Origin: a virus
Taxonomy: Duplodnaviria > Caudoviricetes
DNA length: 44,829 nt
Reading direction: 5' to 3' (one strand)
Virus record (IMG/VR): IMGVR_UViG_3300049983_000005
Coordinates: 1-44,829 of that record
This document shows positions 17,554 to 25,911 of the stretch, in pieces; positions within the stretch are counted from its first letter, which is position 1; each line of letters starts with the position of its first letter. The notes under the pieces are model-generated. The model ran no database searches. It was not told the origin of the DNA and was given only the letters and a program-made list of their open reading frames with translations. The position numbers and the translations under genes are program-made.

Positions 17554-19317
17554 TCACTCCTTTAACGTCTCATCTGCACCGTCATCCGCTCCTGCAGTCG
17601 GCGCCGCGCCCGGATGCGACCCATCGGCCTGTGCTAAAGTGATCGGGCGCCGCGTGCCTTTATCCTTCTTCCATGCGTCTTTAGCTTCCGCGCTCATTTT
17701 CGGCAAGCCAAAGCGGGTTCGGAAATATTCTTCATCATCTGTCTGCGGAGTTATCGTGCCGGCGCGGACGCCCACGCCGTAAGCATCGGCTTCGCGCTTA
17801 ATTTCCTCCATCTCGCTCCCTCCTCCATCGGGCGCTGCAGGCGCCCCTGCGACTTCAGCGGGCGTTAATTCAATGTCCATTCTTTTCATCTCGGCCCGTT
17901 CCTGTTTCAGTGTTTCGAGATGAGTAAGGAAATCGACGCCTTTGGCAGCTAAAACGTCGGTATACGTTGTGAGCCCGCTTTCCAAGGCCATCCGGTCGGC
18001 TGCAACCTCCTTCTGCGGATCGACGTAAGCCCACCCGCGGCCACGCCATAGCGGATTTTGGATCTCAGCAAACTCCCTCTGGTTAAGCGTAAGCGCGCCA
18101 GAGATCCATGACGATTTGACCCACGCGTGAAAGATAGGCGTGCAGATCATTTCGCTCACAAAATCCTGCAGTCCTTCCCAGATATCGCGCTCCTCGCGCA
18201 GTCCGACCCGGGCGCTCGAGTAATTGACGGCCTCCATATCGCCGGAAAGATTGAAATAGAAGACATCGAGGCCCGTCGAGAGGTCCATAAGCATGGACTT
18301 ATAGAACGCGGGATGATTCTGCGTCGGCTGATCGGGCTTGAACTGCGCTATTTTTTGGCCCGGATTCAGCAGGTTAAAGGATCCCGGGGAAACGTCTATC
18401 ACGGGCGTTATCGGTTCGCCGTCTTCACCTATGAATCCGGACATATCGTCCGGAGCGTCCTGCTCGATAAAGCCCAGCTGGTTCGCCCCGATCCGCGACG
18501 CAATGATAACTCCCTCTTTGTATCCATGGAGGTTTTTGGCATCCATTAAGGCCGCGTGAAACCAGGTGACGCCGCGGACCTGGGCCTCGTCGTCATATAT
18601 CAGGAAAGCGTGGATCATTTGCTCGGCCGGCACGCGGACCCTTTCCCGTTCTTTCCGCTGTGTGAAATTTATATCGCTCGGAGGAGTGGTCAGCCAGTAC
18701 GCGACGGGCCTGTCGTTCGCGTCGACCTCGACCGACATTATTACCCGGTTTCCGTCCGGCCGGGTTTCGTTGTAGGTTTCATCCAGGTAGTCGCAATTGA
18801 TCAGCTTCAGGGAAAAGCCAAAGGCGTTATCGGCGTTGACGAGCTGGATCAATACCTCGCCGTCCCGGGCGAGCTGGGTGACGCAGAGATTCTGGACGCG
18901 AACGAAGTCGAGTTTCCCGCTCGCCGTACAGGTATTCTTATGGGCCCATTGCCACCAGGCTTCCTCGACCCGCTTGTTAAGCTTTGCATCCAGGGCGCCG
19001 CCCCGCTGCATCCTGGCGCGGGACTGTAGCTGCAATCCCTTCGGGCCGATGATATTCGATCGGCACATGGACAGAAACTTCTTAAAATGCGAATTGTCCC
19101 GCGCCATCATTCGCGCCCGGGCGCGCAAGATACTTATCGACTGGCGGAGCTCGTAGTTAGCCGAGGTCGGCGACGTAACCCAGTTAGAGTTCAATCGGTT
19201 GATCTTAGCGCCGGCGTACCTGCGCTTTCCCTCACGGGCTTTCGCCAGGAGATCGGCGCGCTCCTGGATGATCCGGCCCATCGGCTCGTTATAAAGATGT
19301 TCGTATAAACTAATCAT
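17554..19317 (-). CDS. Portal protein, lambda family
   Basis: LRARARMMARDN, RDGEVL, QVRGVTWF, NYSSAR and WAYVDPQKE motifs. Confidence 0.95.
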   Translation of the reverse strand: MISLYEHLYNEPMGRIIQERADLLAKAREGKRRYAGAKINRLNSNWVTSPTSANYELRQSISILRARARMMARDNSHFKKFLSMCRSNIIGPKGLQLQSRARMQRGGALDAKLNKRVEEAWWQWAHKNTCTASGKLDFVRVQNLCVTQLARDGEVLIQLVNADNAFGFSLKLINCDYLDETYNETRPDGNRVIMSVEVDANDRPVAYWLTTPPSDINFTQRKERERVRVPAEQMIHAFLIYDDEAQVRGVTWFHAALMDAKNLHGYKEGVIIASRIGANQLGFIEQDAPDDMSGFIGEDGEPITPVIDVSPGSFNLLNPGQKIAQFKPDQPTQNHPAFYKSMLMDLSTGLDVFYFNLSGDMEAVNYSSARVGLREERDIWEGLQDFVSEMICTPIFHAWVKSSWISGALTLNQREFAEIQNPLWRGRGWAYVDPQKEVAADRMALESGLTTYTDVLAAKGVDFLTHLETLKQERAEMKRMDIELTPAEVAGAPAAPDGGGSEMEEIKREADAYGVGVRAGTITPQTDDEEYFRTRFGLPKMSAEAKDAWKKDKGTRRPITLAQADGSHPGAAPTAGADDGADETLKE

Positions 19318-19906
19318 CGCTTATCCTCACTTTAACCTGCCTTAAAAACGGCCCGCCATTACCGACGCTCTCGCGCGTCGTTTCTTGATTGACAAGGATC
19401 TGGTAATGGTTCTTCGCGTCGATCAGTTCCTCCATCGACATATACTTGATCTTCGTCGTGCCCGCCGGCGTGTTGATCTCGTATTCTGCCTGGATCTTCG
19501 AAGCGCGCCTCGTGATGGCGGCCTTGAGCGCGGCCAGGACCGTTTCGTTTTCCGTACTCGTATTGAGAATGGACGTCGCGCCGGTCACAAAACCGGCCTT
19601 CATAATAAAACTGCCGGAGTCGACCAGTTTGACGTTGGCCGTAGCGCCTATCTCGGTAGCCCACGCCTGCCAAAGCCATTTACCCGCGGCCATGGTAGCG
19701 GCTACGGTCGTAGTTTTTGGGATGGCCATGTCGAAGCTTAACCCGTTCGAATTCGCGGTAGCGGGAATGCTGAAACCCGCACTTGGACCCTGAAATCGGT
19801 ATTCAAGCGTATATTCAGAAGAAGGATGATCGCCAAGAGTCTTTGTCCACTCGGCGCGCTCGCCCTGCGTGATGATCGTTGGTTCAGTCGTTGGTATTTC
19901 AGTCAT
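19310..19906 (-). CDS. Head completion protein (gpW-like C-terminus with N-terminal beta domain)
   Basis: Between terL and portal; EYEI..GTTKIKYMSMEELI motif; ATG 19906. Confidence 0.7.
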   Translation of the reverse strand: MTEIPTTEPTIITQGERAEWTKTLGDHPSSEYTLEYRFQGPSAGFSIPATANSNGLSFDMAIPKTTTVAATMAAGKWLWQAWATEIGATANVKLVDSGSFIMKAGFVTGATSILNTSTENETVLAALKAAITRRASKIQAEYEINTPAGTTKIKYMSMEELIDAKNHYQILVNQETTRESVGNGGPFLRQVKVRISDD

Positions 19907-19907
19907 A

Positions 19908-21827
19908 TTAATAATTTGTTGCGAATCCCCCTCCACCCCCGTTTTTTATTATCAATTGGGGTTTCTTCGTTGGTTCAGCAGCCGCTTCTCCATCGTCTTT
20001 TTCCTCGACCGGCCTTGGTTTGAAGAACCGATTCCGTGATTTCGGCACGTCCTGCCCGGTAAATTTAGAGATTTCGCGCGCGGCCGTCGCGTAAACACGC
20101 AGATCCAGGGCCTCGTTACGCACAGATGTTACTTGCTCCCCTTTAATATTGACCTTTTCATACTGGTAATACGGCTGCCCGCGGTAGTAGTGGAGCATTT
20201 TTTTCTCCGCGCAGAGCTGCTGGAAATACTTATCGCTGTAGGTGTCCGGGAAATGACAATAGCCCGGGCCGAACTCCTCGATCTTTAGAAAGGAAAAGAT
20301 CTGGTCTTTAGCGGTATCCGTGCCGATCATCCACAGCCAGACCCCGGCTTTATTGTTCTTTGACGGCTTCGAAACGATCGGGTTTCCGCGGGTATTCGCG
20401 CCCTTGATCGCCCGCCATTTGCGGCCGGCGTTGGCTTTCGCAAACTTATACACCTCGTCGGCATGGTGCCCGCCGGTATCGATACAGGCAACGGCAACGC
20501 GGTGGGTCCCGTCCGATCCGTTGAATTCGGTCGATAGCAGGTCGTATAGATCGTCCCACACGTCGGCGAGCGCGGGATCTCCGATCAAAACCTCGTGGCG
20601 AATGGACCAGCTTTCGAGATCTCGGCCCCACCCTACAACTTCGCACTCGAGGCGATCGCCCTGGACGTCGACGCCGGCCGTTAAAGCTAATACACCGTCC
20701 GGGACCTCGTGCGGATATTTCTCGCGGTGCCAGGTCAGATCGCCAAAATCCAGCTTTTCCCCCTCCTCTTCCCACCACTCGGCGAGCTGCGTATTGACGA
20801 AAACCTGCAGCAGTTGAGTGTTATTGCGCTCCGCCTTTTCGCGATTGGCTTTAAGAAACGCCGTGGCCATGCTTCCCCAGGTAGTAAAAGGGGAATAGAT
20901 CTCGTTGATCCAAAAGCCCCGGGCGTTTCCCTGGTACTCGGGATTGGTCGTTCTCCACTCGCCTCGAGCGAGCATTTCAAATTTCTCATCGTGATCGATC
21001 ACGGCGCCGCAGCCCGCGACGGCCACACCATCCTGGATCTCGCCGCAAACGTAATAAGCCTCGATCGGATTGTTGTCCCATTTCACGTTGGCCCATTTCA
21101 AAAACTGGTATACCCCGCAATGCGGGCATGGAACAAAGTATTTCTCTTGGGTCGAATCGATCCAATTGCTGATAACGCGGCTCGTTTCCTTGGTCCTGGG
21201 CGTGGTGATACGAATAGTTTTCTGGGTACCTTCGCCCGTCTTCAGGCGGGCCTCGGCGAGCCCGGCGGCATCACCTTCTTTATTGGCTTCGTAGGCGTCC
21301 GCCTCGTCCAGGATCAGGATCCGGATCGGCCGCGACGACAGAGTCGCCGGCGAGGTCGCCCATCCCATGAAAAGAAAGCCGCCGCGGAATTGCCGCGCCT
21401 CGATCTTATTTGTGGAATCCCGCATTTTCGCTTCGCCGAAGATTTCCCGGAGGACCGGAGTATCGCGGATCATCGGGGCGATCATCTCGGACGAGTAGGC
21501 CCGGGCCTTCGGCTCCGTCTCCGCAACGTAAAGGATGTTGGCCGGATCGATGTGGGCGTAATAGCCGATCATGTTCGAAGCAGCTTCGGTACCGCCGACC
21601 TGGCTCGATTTAAGGAAGAGGATCTCGTTGACCGCCGGGTCTAGGACGGCGTCCATTATCGCAACCAGGTAAGGTGTTTTTTCGTTCTTCCATCGGCCGG
21701 CGTTCGCGGGGTTCGCTACGCGCTCCGGGGAGATCACCCGGTATTCCGCGGCCCACTCGGAAACGGTCAGCGCCGAGGGGATGGCTGACTGAAGTCCTGA
21801 TTTAATAGCTGTGTGTAGTGCGGTCAT
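19908..21827 (-). CDS. terL: Terminase large subunit, GpA family
   Basis: KSSQVGGTE Walker A, ILILDEAD Walker B, VPCPHCG, LTAGVDVQ, CIDTGG, RNEALD. Confidence 0.97.
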   Translation of the reverse strand: MTALHTAIKSGLQSAIPSALTVSEWAAEYRVISPERVANPANAGRWKNEKTPYLVAIMDAVLDPAVNEILFLKSSQVGGTEAASNMIGYYAHIDPANILYVAETEPKARAYSSEMIAPMIRDTPVLREIFGEAKMRDSTNKIEARQFRGGFLFMGWATSPATLSSRPIRILILDEADAYEANKEGDAAGLAEARLKTGEGTQKTIRITTPRTKETSRVISNWIDSTQEKYFVPCPHCGVYQFLKWANVKWDNNPIEAYYVCGEIQDGVAVAGCGAVIDHDEKFEMLARGEWRTTNPEYQGNARGFWINEIYSPFTTWGSMATAFLKANREKAERNNTQLLQVFVNTQLAEWWEEEGEKLDFGDLTWHREKYPHEVPDGVLALTAGVDVQGDRLECEVVGWGRDLESWSIRHEVLIGDPALADVWDDLYDLLSTEFNGSDGTHRVAVACIDTGGHHADEVYKFAKANAGRKWRAIKGANTRGNPIVSKPSKNNKAGVWLWMIGTDTAKDQIFSFLKIEEFGPGYCHFPDTYSDKYFQQLCAEKKMLHYYRGQPYYQYEKVNIKGEQVTSVRNEALDLRVYATAAREISKFTGQDVPKSRNRFFKPRPVEEKDDGEAAAEPTKKPQLIIKNGGGGGFATNY

Positions 21828-22300
21828 TTTAAGAATTTTTCATGGTTCGCGCGCAATTCCTTAAAAACCTTTTCCGTCGCTTCAGATAGTAATTTGGCCA
21901 TCTCGGCCTCGTCGCTCATTTTTGACAGACGTTTCGCTAAAGCTTTCGGCAGCTGCAAGGCGAGCTTCTTACGCAAGTTGCCGAAGATCTGATTTACCGC
22001 CTCCGCGCATTCGGCCGCAGAGATGAGCTCCCCGTTCTGCTGCTTGATCTTCATTTCGACAATAGTGGCCTCGCCGCGAAGCTTCCGGAGCCTTTCGGCA
22101 TCGAGCAAATTCTCCGGCGTTTTCAGCGCGATCTCTAAGGCGTCGTTCAAAACATAGAGTTTCTCTTTTTCCGTTGAAGACGGATCGCTTTCGATGCCGG
22201 CTGCTGCCAGTCGCTTGCGGATCGTCGCGCGGTCGAGCCCGAAGCGAACCTGCAGCTTTGAAATATTCAGAAATTTTACTGGTGCCTTTGTAGGTGTCAT
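21824..22300 (-). CDS. terS: Terminase small subunit (Nu1-like)
   Basis: N-terminal HTH (LNISKLQVRFGLDRATIRKRL), coiled coil ...GELI; overlaps the terL start. Confidence 0.85.
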   Translation of the reverse strand: MTPTKAPVKFLNISKLQVRFGLDRATIRKRLAAAGIESDPSSTEKEKLYVLNDALEIALKTPENLLDAERLRKLRGEATIVEMKIKQQNGELISAAECAEAVNQIFGNLRKKLALQLPKALAKRLSKMSDEAEMAKLLSEATEKVFKELRANHEKFLK

Positions 22301-22893
22301 TTCATAGAAGCCAGGGCTTTATTTATCCCTGCCCTAACGTTTGCGTTCAGTCGCCGGCTTAGAACCTTCTCGATCGGCTCGCGAAACGTGGACGCTTTCT
22401 TTATCCGCGCGCTCTGCTCGAGGTTGTAAAGAGCGACGATACTCGAGCGCTTGCCCTTGTATTTCCGCTGATAAAGCACGTCGCCGTGCGCGGTCCTGAC
22501 AACGAAGGTCCTCTTTCCGCGAAGCGCGGCCGGCCGCTGCCCGCGGGGGATGATCAGTTTCTTGTTTCTCCGGACGTTTTCAGTCGGGATGGCGAGCCGG
22601 CCGCCCTGGGCTTTTTTGGTCCCGCCGGTCTCGTGGAGCGCCAGCCAGTCCGCCCGGGTCCGGACCTCCGCGGTCATATCGTTTACTTTCGCGGGCTTGA
22701 TCTTGATGCCGAAGCGATTCCCCTGCTCAAACCATAGGCCGCGCAAGGTAAAAGCGCCACGGAGGGCACCGACAACTGCCGCTTGCCCCTGCTTCGCGGT
22801 GTCCGTTATACCCATCGCCGCGCCGAATTTGATGTTCTTTAAGATCTTATCGGCTGTCGGGGGTCGTTGAACTATGACTATTTTTGGAAACAT
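22297..22893 (-). CDS. gpZ-like minor tail / tail completion protein
   Basis: Very basic; L..HETGG.K and LAIP motifs; N- and C-terminal helices. Confidence 0.55.
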   Translation of the reverse strand: MFPKIVIVQRPPTADKILKNIKFGAAMGITDTAKQGQAAVVGALRGAFTLRGLWFEQGNRFGIKIKPAKVNDMTAEVRTRADWLALHETGGTKKAQGGRLAIPTENVRRNKKLIIPRGQRPAALRGKRTFVVRTAHGDVLYQRKYKGKRSSIVALYNLEQSARIKKASTFREPIEKVLSRRLNANVRAGINKALASMK

Positions 22894-22904
22894 CGCCAGT
22901 TCGG

Positions 22905-22952
22905 AGGATAGAATTTTCAGAGAATTAAAGAGGTTTTGGGGTAATTAATTAA
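22905..22952 (-). promoter_or_regulatory. Putative activator-dependent late promoter, copy 2
   Basis: TTAATTAATTACCCC, N27, TATCCT. Confidence 0.6.
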
Positions 22953-23310
22953 AATTAGTTGCGATTTCACGGATCAGAGCTGTCTTTCGACCGGGCCCTC
23001 CGTTGCCAAAGCTGCTTACATCGAGCTTCCCCGCGGCAACCATGGCCTTCACGCGAACAGCGAGGACCTCAGCGGACAACCCGAGCTCGTTTACCAAGTC
23101 TTGGTACGTGTTGCATCCGATCCTTACGAACTTCAAGATTTCGGCGTCCTTTTCCTCGTCGGTCCATCCGTAATGAGTCCGGAGGTTTTGGGCCGTCCGA
23201 TAGATCTCCTGCTTTCCGAAGGCGTCCGGCAGCGTCGCCGCGAGCTTGGCGATCTGGTCGGCAACCTTCAACCCTTTAATCCTCGTCGATCTGGATACGG
23301 TCGGCTTCAA
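22945..23310 (-). CDS. Winged-HTH DNA-binding protein (candidate late activator)
   Basis: TYQDLVNELGLSAEVLAVRVKAMVAAGKL..GPGRK wHTH pattern; AGGAG SD, TTG start. Confidence 0.7.
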   Translation of the reverse strand: MKPTVSRSTRIKGLKVADQIAKLAATLPDAFGKQEIYRTAQNLRTHYGWTDEEKDAEILKFVRIGCNTYQDLVNELGLSAEVLAVRVKAMVAAGKLDVSSFGNGGPGRKTALIREIATNFN

Positions 23311-23340
23311 ACGGTCAAACTCCTATTTGTTGATGAATTG

Positions 23341-23415
23341 AAAAAAAATCTTGTAACTAGCGAGCAATTGCGGTGGTGCGTTACCCTCAAAAAGTGAAAT
23401 GCCGGGGAAGGACCC
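23341..23415 (-). other. Putative cos packaging site
   Basis: Minus strand GGGTCCT (identical to lambda cosQ), then GGGTAACG and TCGCTAGTTACAAGATTTT resembling the lambda cos region; intergenic, upstream of terS/terL. Confidence 0.55.
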
Positions 23416-23429
23416 GCTCGTTCCCATTC

Positions 23430-23816
23430 CTATGCCCGGCTATCCAACACAACCTGCGCATCATCGTGTTCTCGCAGCATCTTCTCTGCCAGATCGGCGG
23501 CCGCCATATCACCGGCATTCTTTGTTTCGTTCGCCTTCCACCTGGACAGCTCTGCCACGAGCTTCAATTGAACCTTCATAGCTGAATTGACCAGACCATG
23601 AATTGTGTTGAGCTTTGCCGTTACCGCTACATCCGATTCTTTTAGGGCGGTCTTAACGTGCTCGACCTTGTCAGCCGCCTCCTGCTCTGCCCTTGCATGG
23701 CGCCTATCCGTCCTGATAGTGATGTAAGAGTTGACGAGGCCGACCATGACGGCCGCGATCCCTGTCAACGCTGTAGGGACGGCGATAATAAGGGCTATTT
23801 GTACTGCTTCGGTCAT
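23430..23816 (-). CDS. Holin-like membrane protein (N-terminal TM plus coiled coil)
   Basis: Hydrophobic residues ~6-32; IHGLVNSAM motif; last gene of the lysis cassette. Confidence 0.6.
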   Translation of the reverse strand: MTEAVQIALIIAVPTALTGIAAVMVGLVNSYITIRTDRRHARAEQEAADKVEHVKTALKESDVAVTAKLNTIHGLVNSAMKVQLKLVAELSRWKANETKNAGDMAAADLAEKMLREHDDAQVVLDSRA

Positions 23817-23822
23817 GCGGCT

Positions 23823-24479
23823 TCACTCTCCTTTTTCTATCTCGGCGATCGTCCACATCTTCCCGACCCATCCCAGAACGTTGCCCAGGTCGTCCTTATT
23901 GCAATAGGCTTCACATCTTACCGATACCACTGATTCATCAGGCCGGATGACACGGAAGCGGTCGCTGAAGTCCGTTCCGTCGCGTACCGACGACGCCCAG
24001 TTCGCGATCACACCTTCCCTGTAATGGCCATGTATGGAGTTCCGCCAGTTATAGCCCATGATCTGCTCCAACTTACGCCCCAGCATGGCGAGAAAGGCAC
24101 TATTCGCCCATAGGATCTGTCCCTTCATGTTAGCCTCAAAGAACGCGTCGTCGTCGCACTGCATGATGGCGCGCCTCGCGGCCGTCTCGGTGGCTATATG
24201 CGCCCTCAAGCTGTCGAGGTTCGCCCGAAGGTGGGTTATCTCTTCGACCACGGTCCCGCCGCCCTCGATACTGATCTGCTTTTCGATTCGGGCGATACTA
24301 TTCGGGAGATCAAAGAACCGGCCAATCCATTTACGGCACGCCTTAACCTGCTTATGACAATATTTCACATATCCCCAAAAGCCGCCGAGGGCCGTAATGA
24401 AGCCGGCTATCCACGGCCAGTATGCCGTTAACTTTGTGATCAGGTCCGGCTCGGGAGGGTTATCAAACATAGCTGTCAT
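23823..24479 (-). CDS. Membrane-anchored PAS-domain protein in the lysis cassette
   Basis: TM WPWIAGFITALGGFWGYV, coiled coil, full PAS-PAC (GQILWANSAFLAMLG..G.NW.NSIH...FRVIRPD...GNVLGWVG); no output domain. Confidence 0.85.
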   Translation of the reverse strand: MTAMFDNPPEPDLITKLTAYWPWIAGFITALGGFWGYVKYCHKQVKACRKWIGRFFDLPNSIARIEKQISIEGGGTVVEEITHLRANLDSLRAHIATETAARRAIMQCDDDAFFEANMKGQILWANSAFLAMLGRKLEQIMGYNWRNSIHGHYREGVIANWASSVRDGTDFSDRFRVIRPDESVVSVRCEAYCNKDDLGNVLGWVGKMWTIAEIEKGE

Positions 24480-25087
24480 ACAGAAGGCCTGGCGATTGGT
24501 ATCGGGATATCCCCGAAGCGAGGAACGCCCTCAGTGCGTGTGGAATTCGCCCCGAGCAGCGCCCTCAGTCCGGCGCCGGCGAGAACGCCCAGCACAATCT
24601 CGGCCGCCCTCTTTATCCCGCTCAGGATCTTCTGGAAAATGTTCTTTTTCGGCTTCACGAGCTGCAGCTGCATCCAGGCGATAAAATCCTGCTGGATCTT
24701 GATCATCCCCTGTAGGAGAAGCTCGAGCTGCTTATGCGCGTCGATCTCCTGGTTCTTGATGGCGATCACCCTATCGAAGCTGCCGACCAGGACCGTCGTG
24801 ACGGCGCGCTCGGCCTTGCTCGCCCCTTGCGCCTCGGCAGCCTTTACCGCGGCTTCCCGCAGCGCTACGACCTCGTCAAAAGCCCTATTCGTATCGTCGA
24901 TGTAGGACTGGTCGACCACGACCGGATCTTTAACATCCCGGGGAACTGGGATAAGCCTTGCACCGGGCTCTGTTTGCCCGCTCGAGGTTTGAATTAGCGT
25001 AATTAGCATTGCGTACAGCATCAGCATTACGCCGAGCCTCGTCCGCAGCTTCGTTTTTGGTATTGGTATCCGATTTTGCTGCCTCAT
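24476..25087 (-). CDS. Exported coiled-coil protein overlapping the i-spanin (o-spanin position, no lipobox)
   Basis: AGGAAGGA SD and ATG 25087; basic N-region plus hydrophobic segment; C-terminal amphipathic/hydrophobic helix. Confidence 0.6.
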   Translation of the reverse strand: MRQQNRIPIPKTKLRTRLGVMLMLYAMLITLIQTSSGQTEPGARLIPVPRDVKDPVVVDQSYIDDTNRAFDEVVALREAAVKAAEAQGASKAERAVTTVLVGSFDRVIAIKNQEIDAHKQLELLLQGMIKIQQDFIAWMQLQLVKPKKNIFQKILSGIKRAAEIVLGVLAGAGLRALLGANSTRTEGVPRFGDIPIPIARPSV

Positions 25088-25352
25088 GGTCCTTCCTGTT
25101 CTCCTCGAGGATCGCGCTCTGCGCCGCGTCCTCTTTTTCCAGCTCATGGATCGCGCCCTCCTGGGCTTTAATGGCCTCGCCCTGGGCGTTTACATTCGCT
25201 TGGTGCTGGCGCATCGTTTTATTGGTAAAGAAGCCGTCGGTGCCGTTGAAAAAGGCGGCCAGCAGCGCGCAAATGATAATGAAGGCCAAAACAAAAGCGC
25301 CTATTGCAATGAGCCACCGATATTCGACCGAAAGGTTTTTCCAGAATTTCAT
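24930..25352 (-). CDS. i-spanin (Rz)-like protein
   Basis: N-terminal TM followed by a long coiled coil, terminal Cys pair; ATG 25352. Confidence 0.65.
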   Translation of the reverse strand: MKFWKNLSVEYRWLIAIGAFVLAFIIICALLAAFFNGTDGFFTNKTMRQHQANVNAQGEAIKAQEGAIHELEKEDAAQSAILEENRKDHEAAKSDTNTKNEAADEARRNADAVRNANYANSNLERANRARCKAYPSSPGC

Positions 25353-25366
25353 TTTCGCCTTCTCTT

Positions 25367-25585
25367 TTATGCTTTCGCGATTTTTGCCCGCCGCTTGAGT
25401 TCCCGCTGCGCTCCCCACTCGAGAAAGCTGCTCGAGCTCTGTTCCCAAACCGGGCGGGTGAGCAGCTTCCGAAGGCGCTTTGTGCTGGTCGATCGGTAAA
25501 ACTTCGTGTTTTGCAGGTAATAAACTCGCGCCCGGGCCTTAACGACATCGTAGAGCTTGATCTTTTTGATTTTCTTTTTGCTCAT
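25367..25585 (-). CDS. Small basic hypothetical protein
   Basis: ATG overlaps the upstream TGA (ATGA); Lys/Arg-rich. Confidence 0.55.
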   Translation of the reverse strand: MSKKKIKKIKLYDVVKARARVYYLQNTKFYRSTSTKRLRKLLTRPVWEQSSSSFLEWGAQRELKRRAKIAKA

Positions 25586-25830
25586 GTTGCGAAAAACCCT
25601 TGCCACTGCGGGGCGGTATCGCGGTAAGCGTAAGCCTTGAGCCGTCGCCAACCGTAGCCAATACTATTGATAATCCCGAAACTTCCGCCCAGGCCGATGA
25701 GAAAAAACAAGGCAGCCGGGACGCCGACCGGAATGATCAAGAGACAGCAAATCGCGAGCAAAAACTTATCCCGTACTTGTGCTAAAAAACTCCGATAGTT
25801 GTCGAAAAAGAATCTAAGAATGTCTCTCAT
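25582..25830 (-). CDS. Small membrane protein (holin/antiholin candidate)
   Basis: AAGGA SD; ~35-residue hydrophobic stretch; directly after the endolysin gene. Confidence 0.6.
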   Translation of the reverse strand: MRDILRFFFDNYRSFLAQVRDKFLLAICCLLIIPVGVPAALFFLIGLGGSFGIINSIGYGWRRLKAYAYRDTAPQWQGFFAT

Positions 25831-25911
25831 GGTTTTCTTTCCTTTAGGGGTTAGCGTGTGTTCAAAAATCTACGCAGGCTTTACACCGCCCGGGCCTGGC
25901 TTTCCTTTCGG

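Noticed and set aside
25831-25911. Riboswitch after the endolysin gene
   Set aside because: GAAA-containing stretch lacks the conserved elements of any family I can recognise
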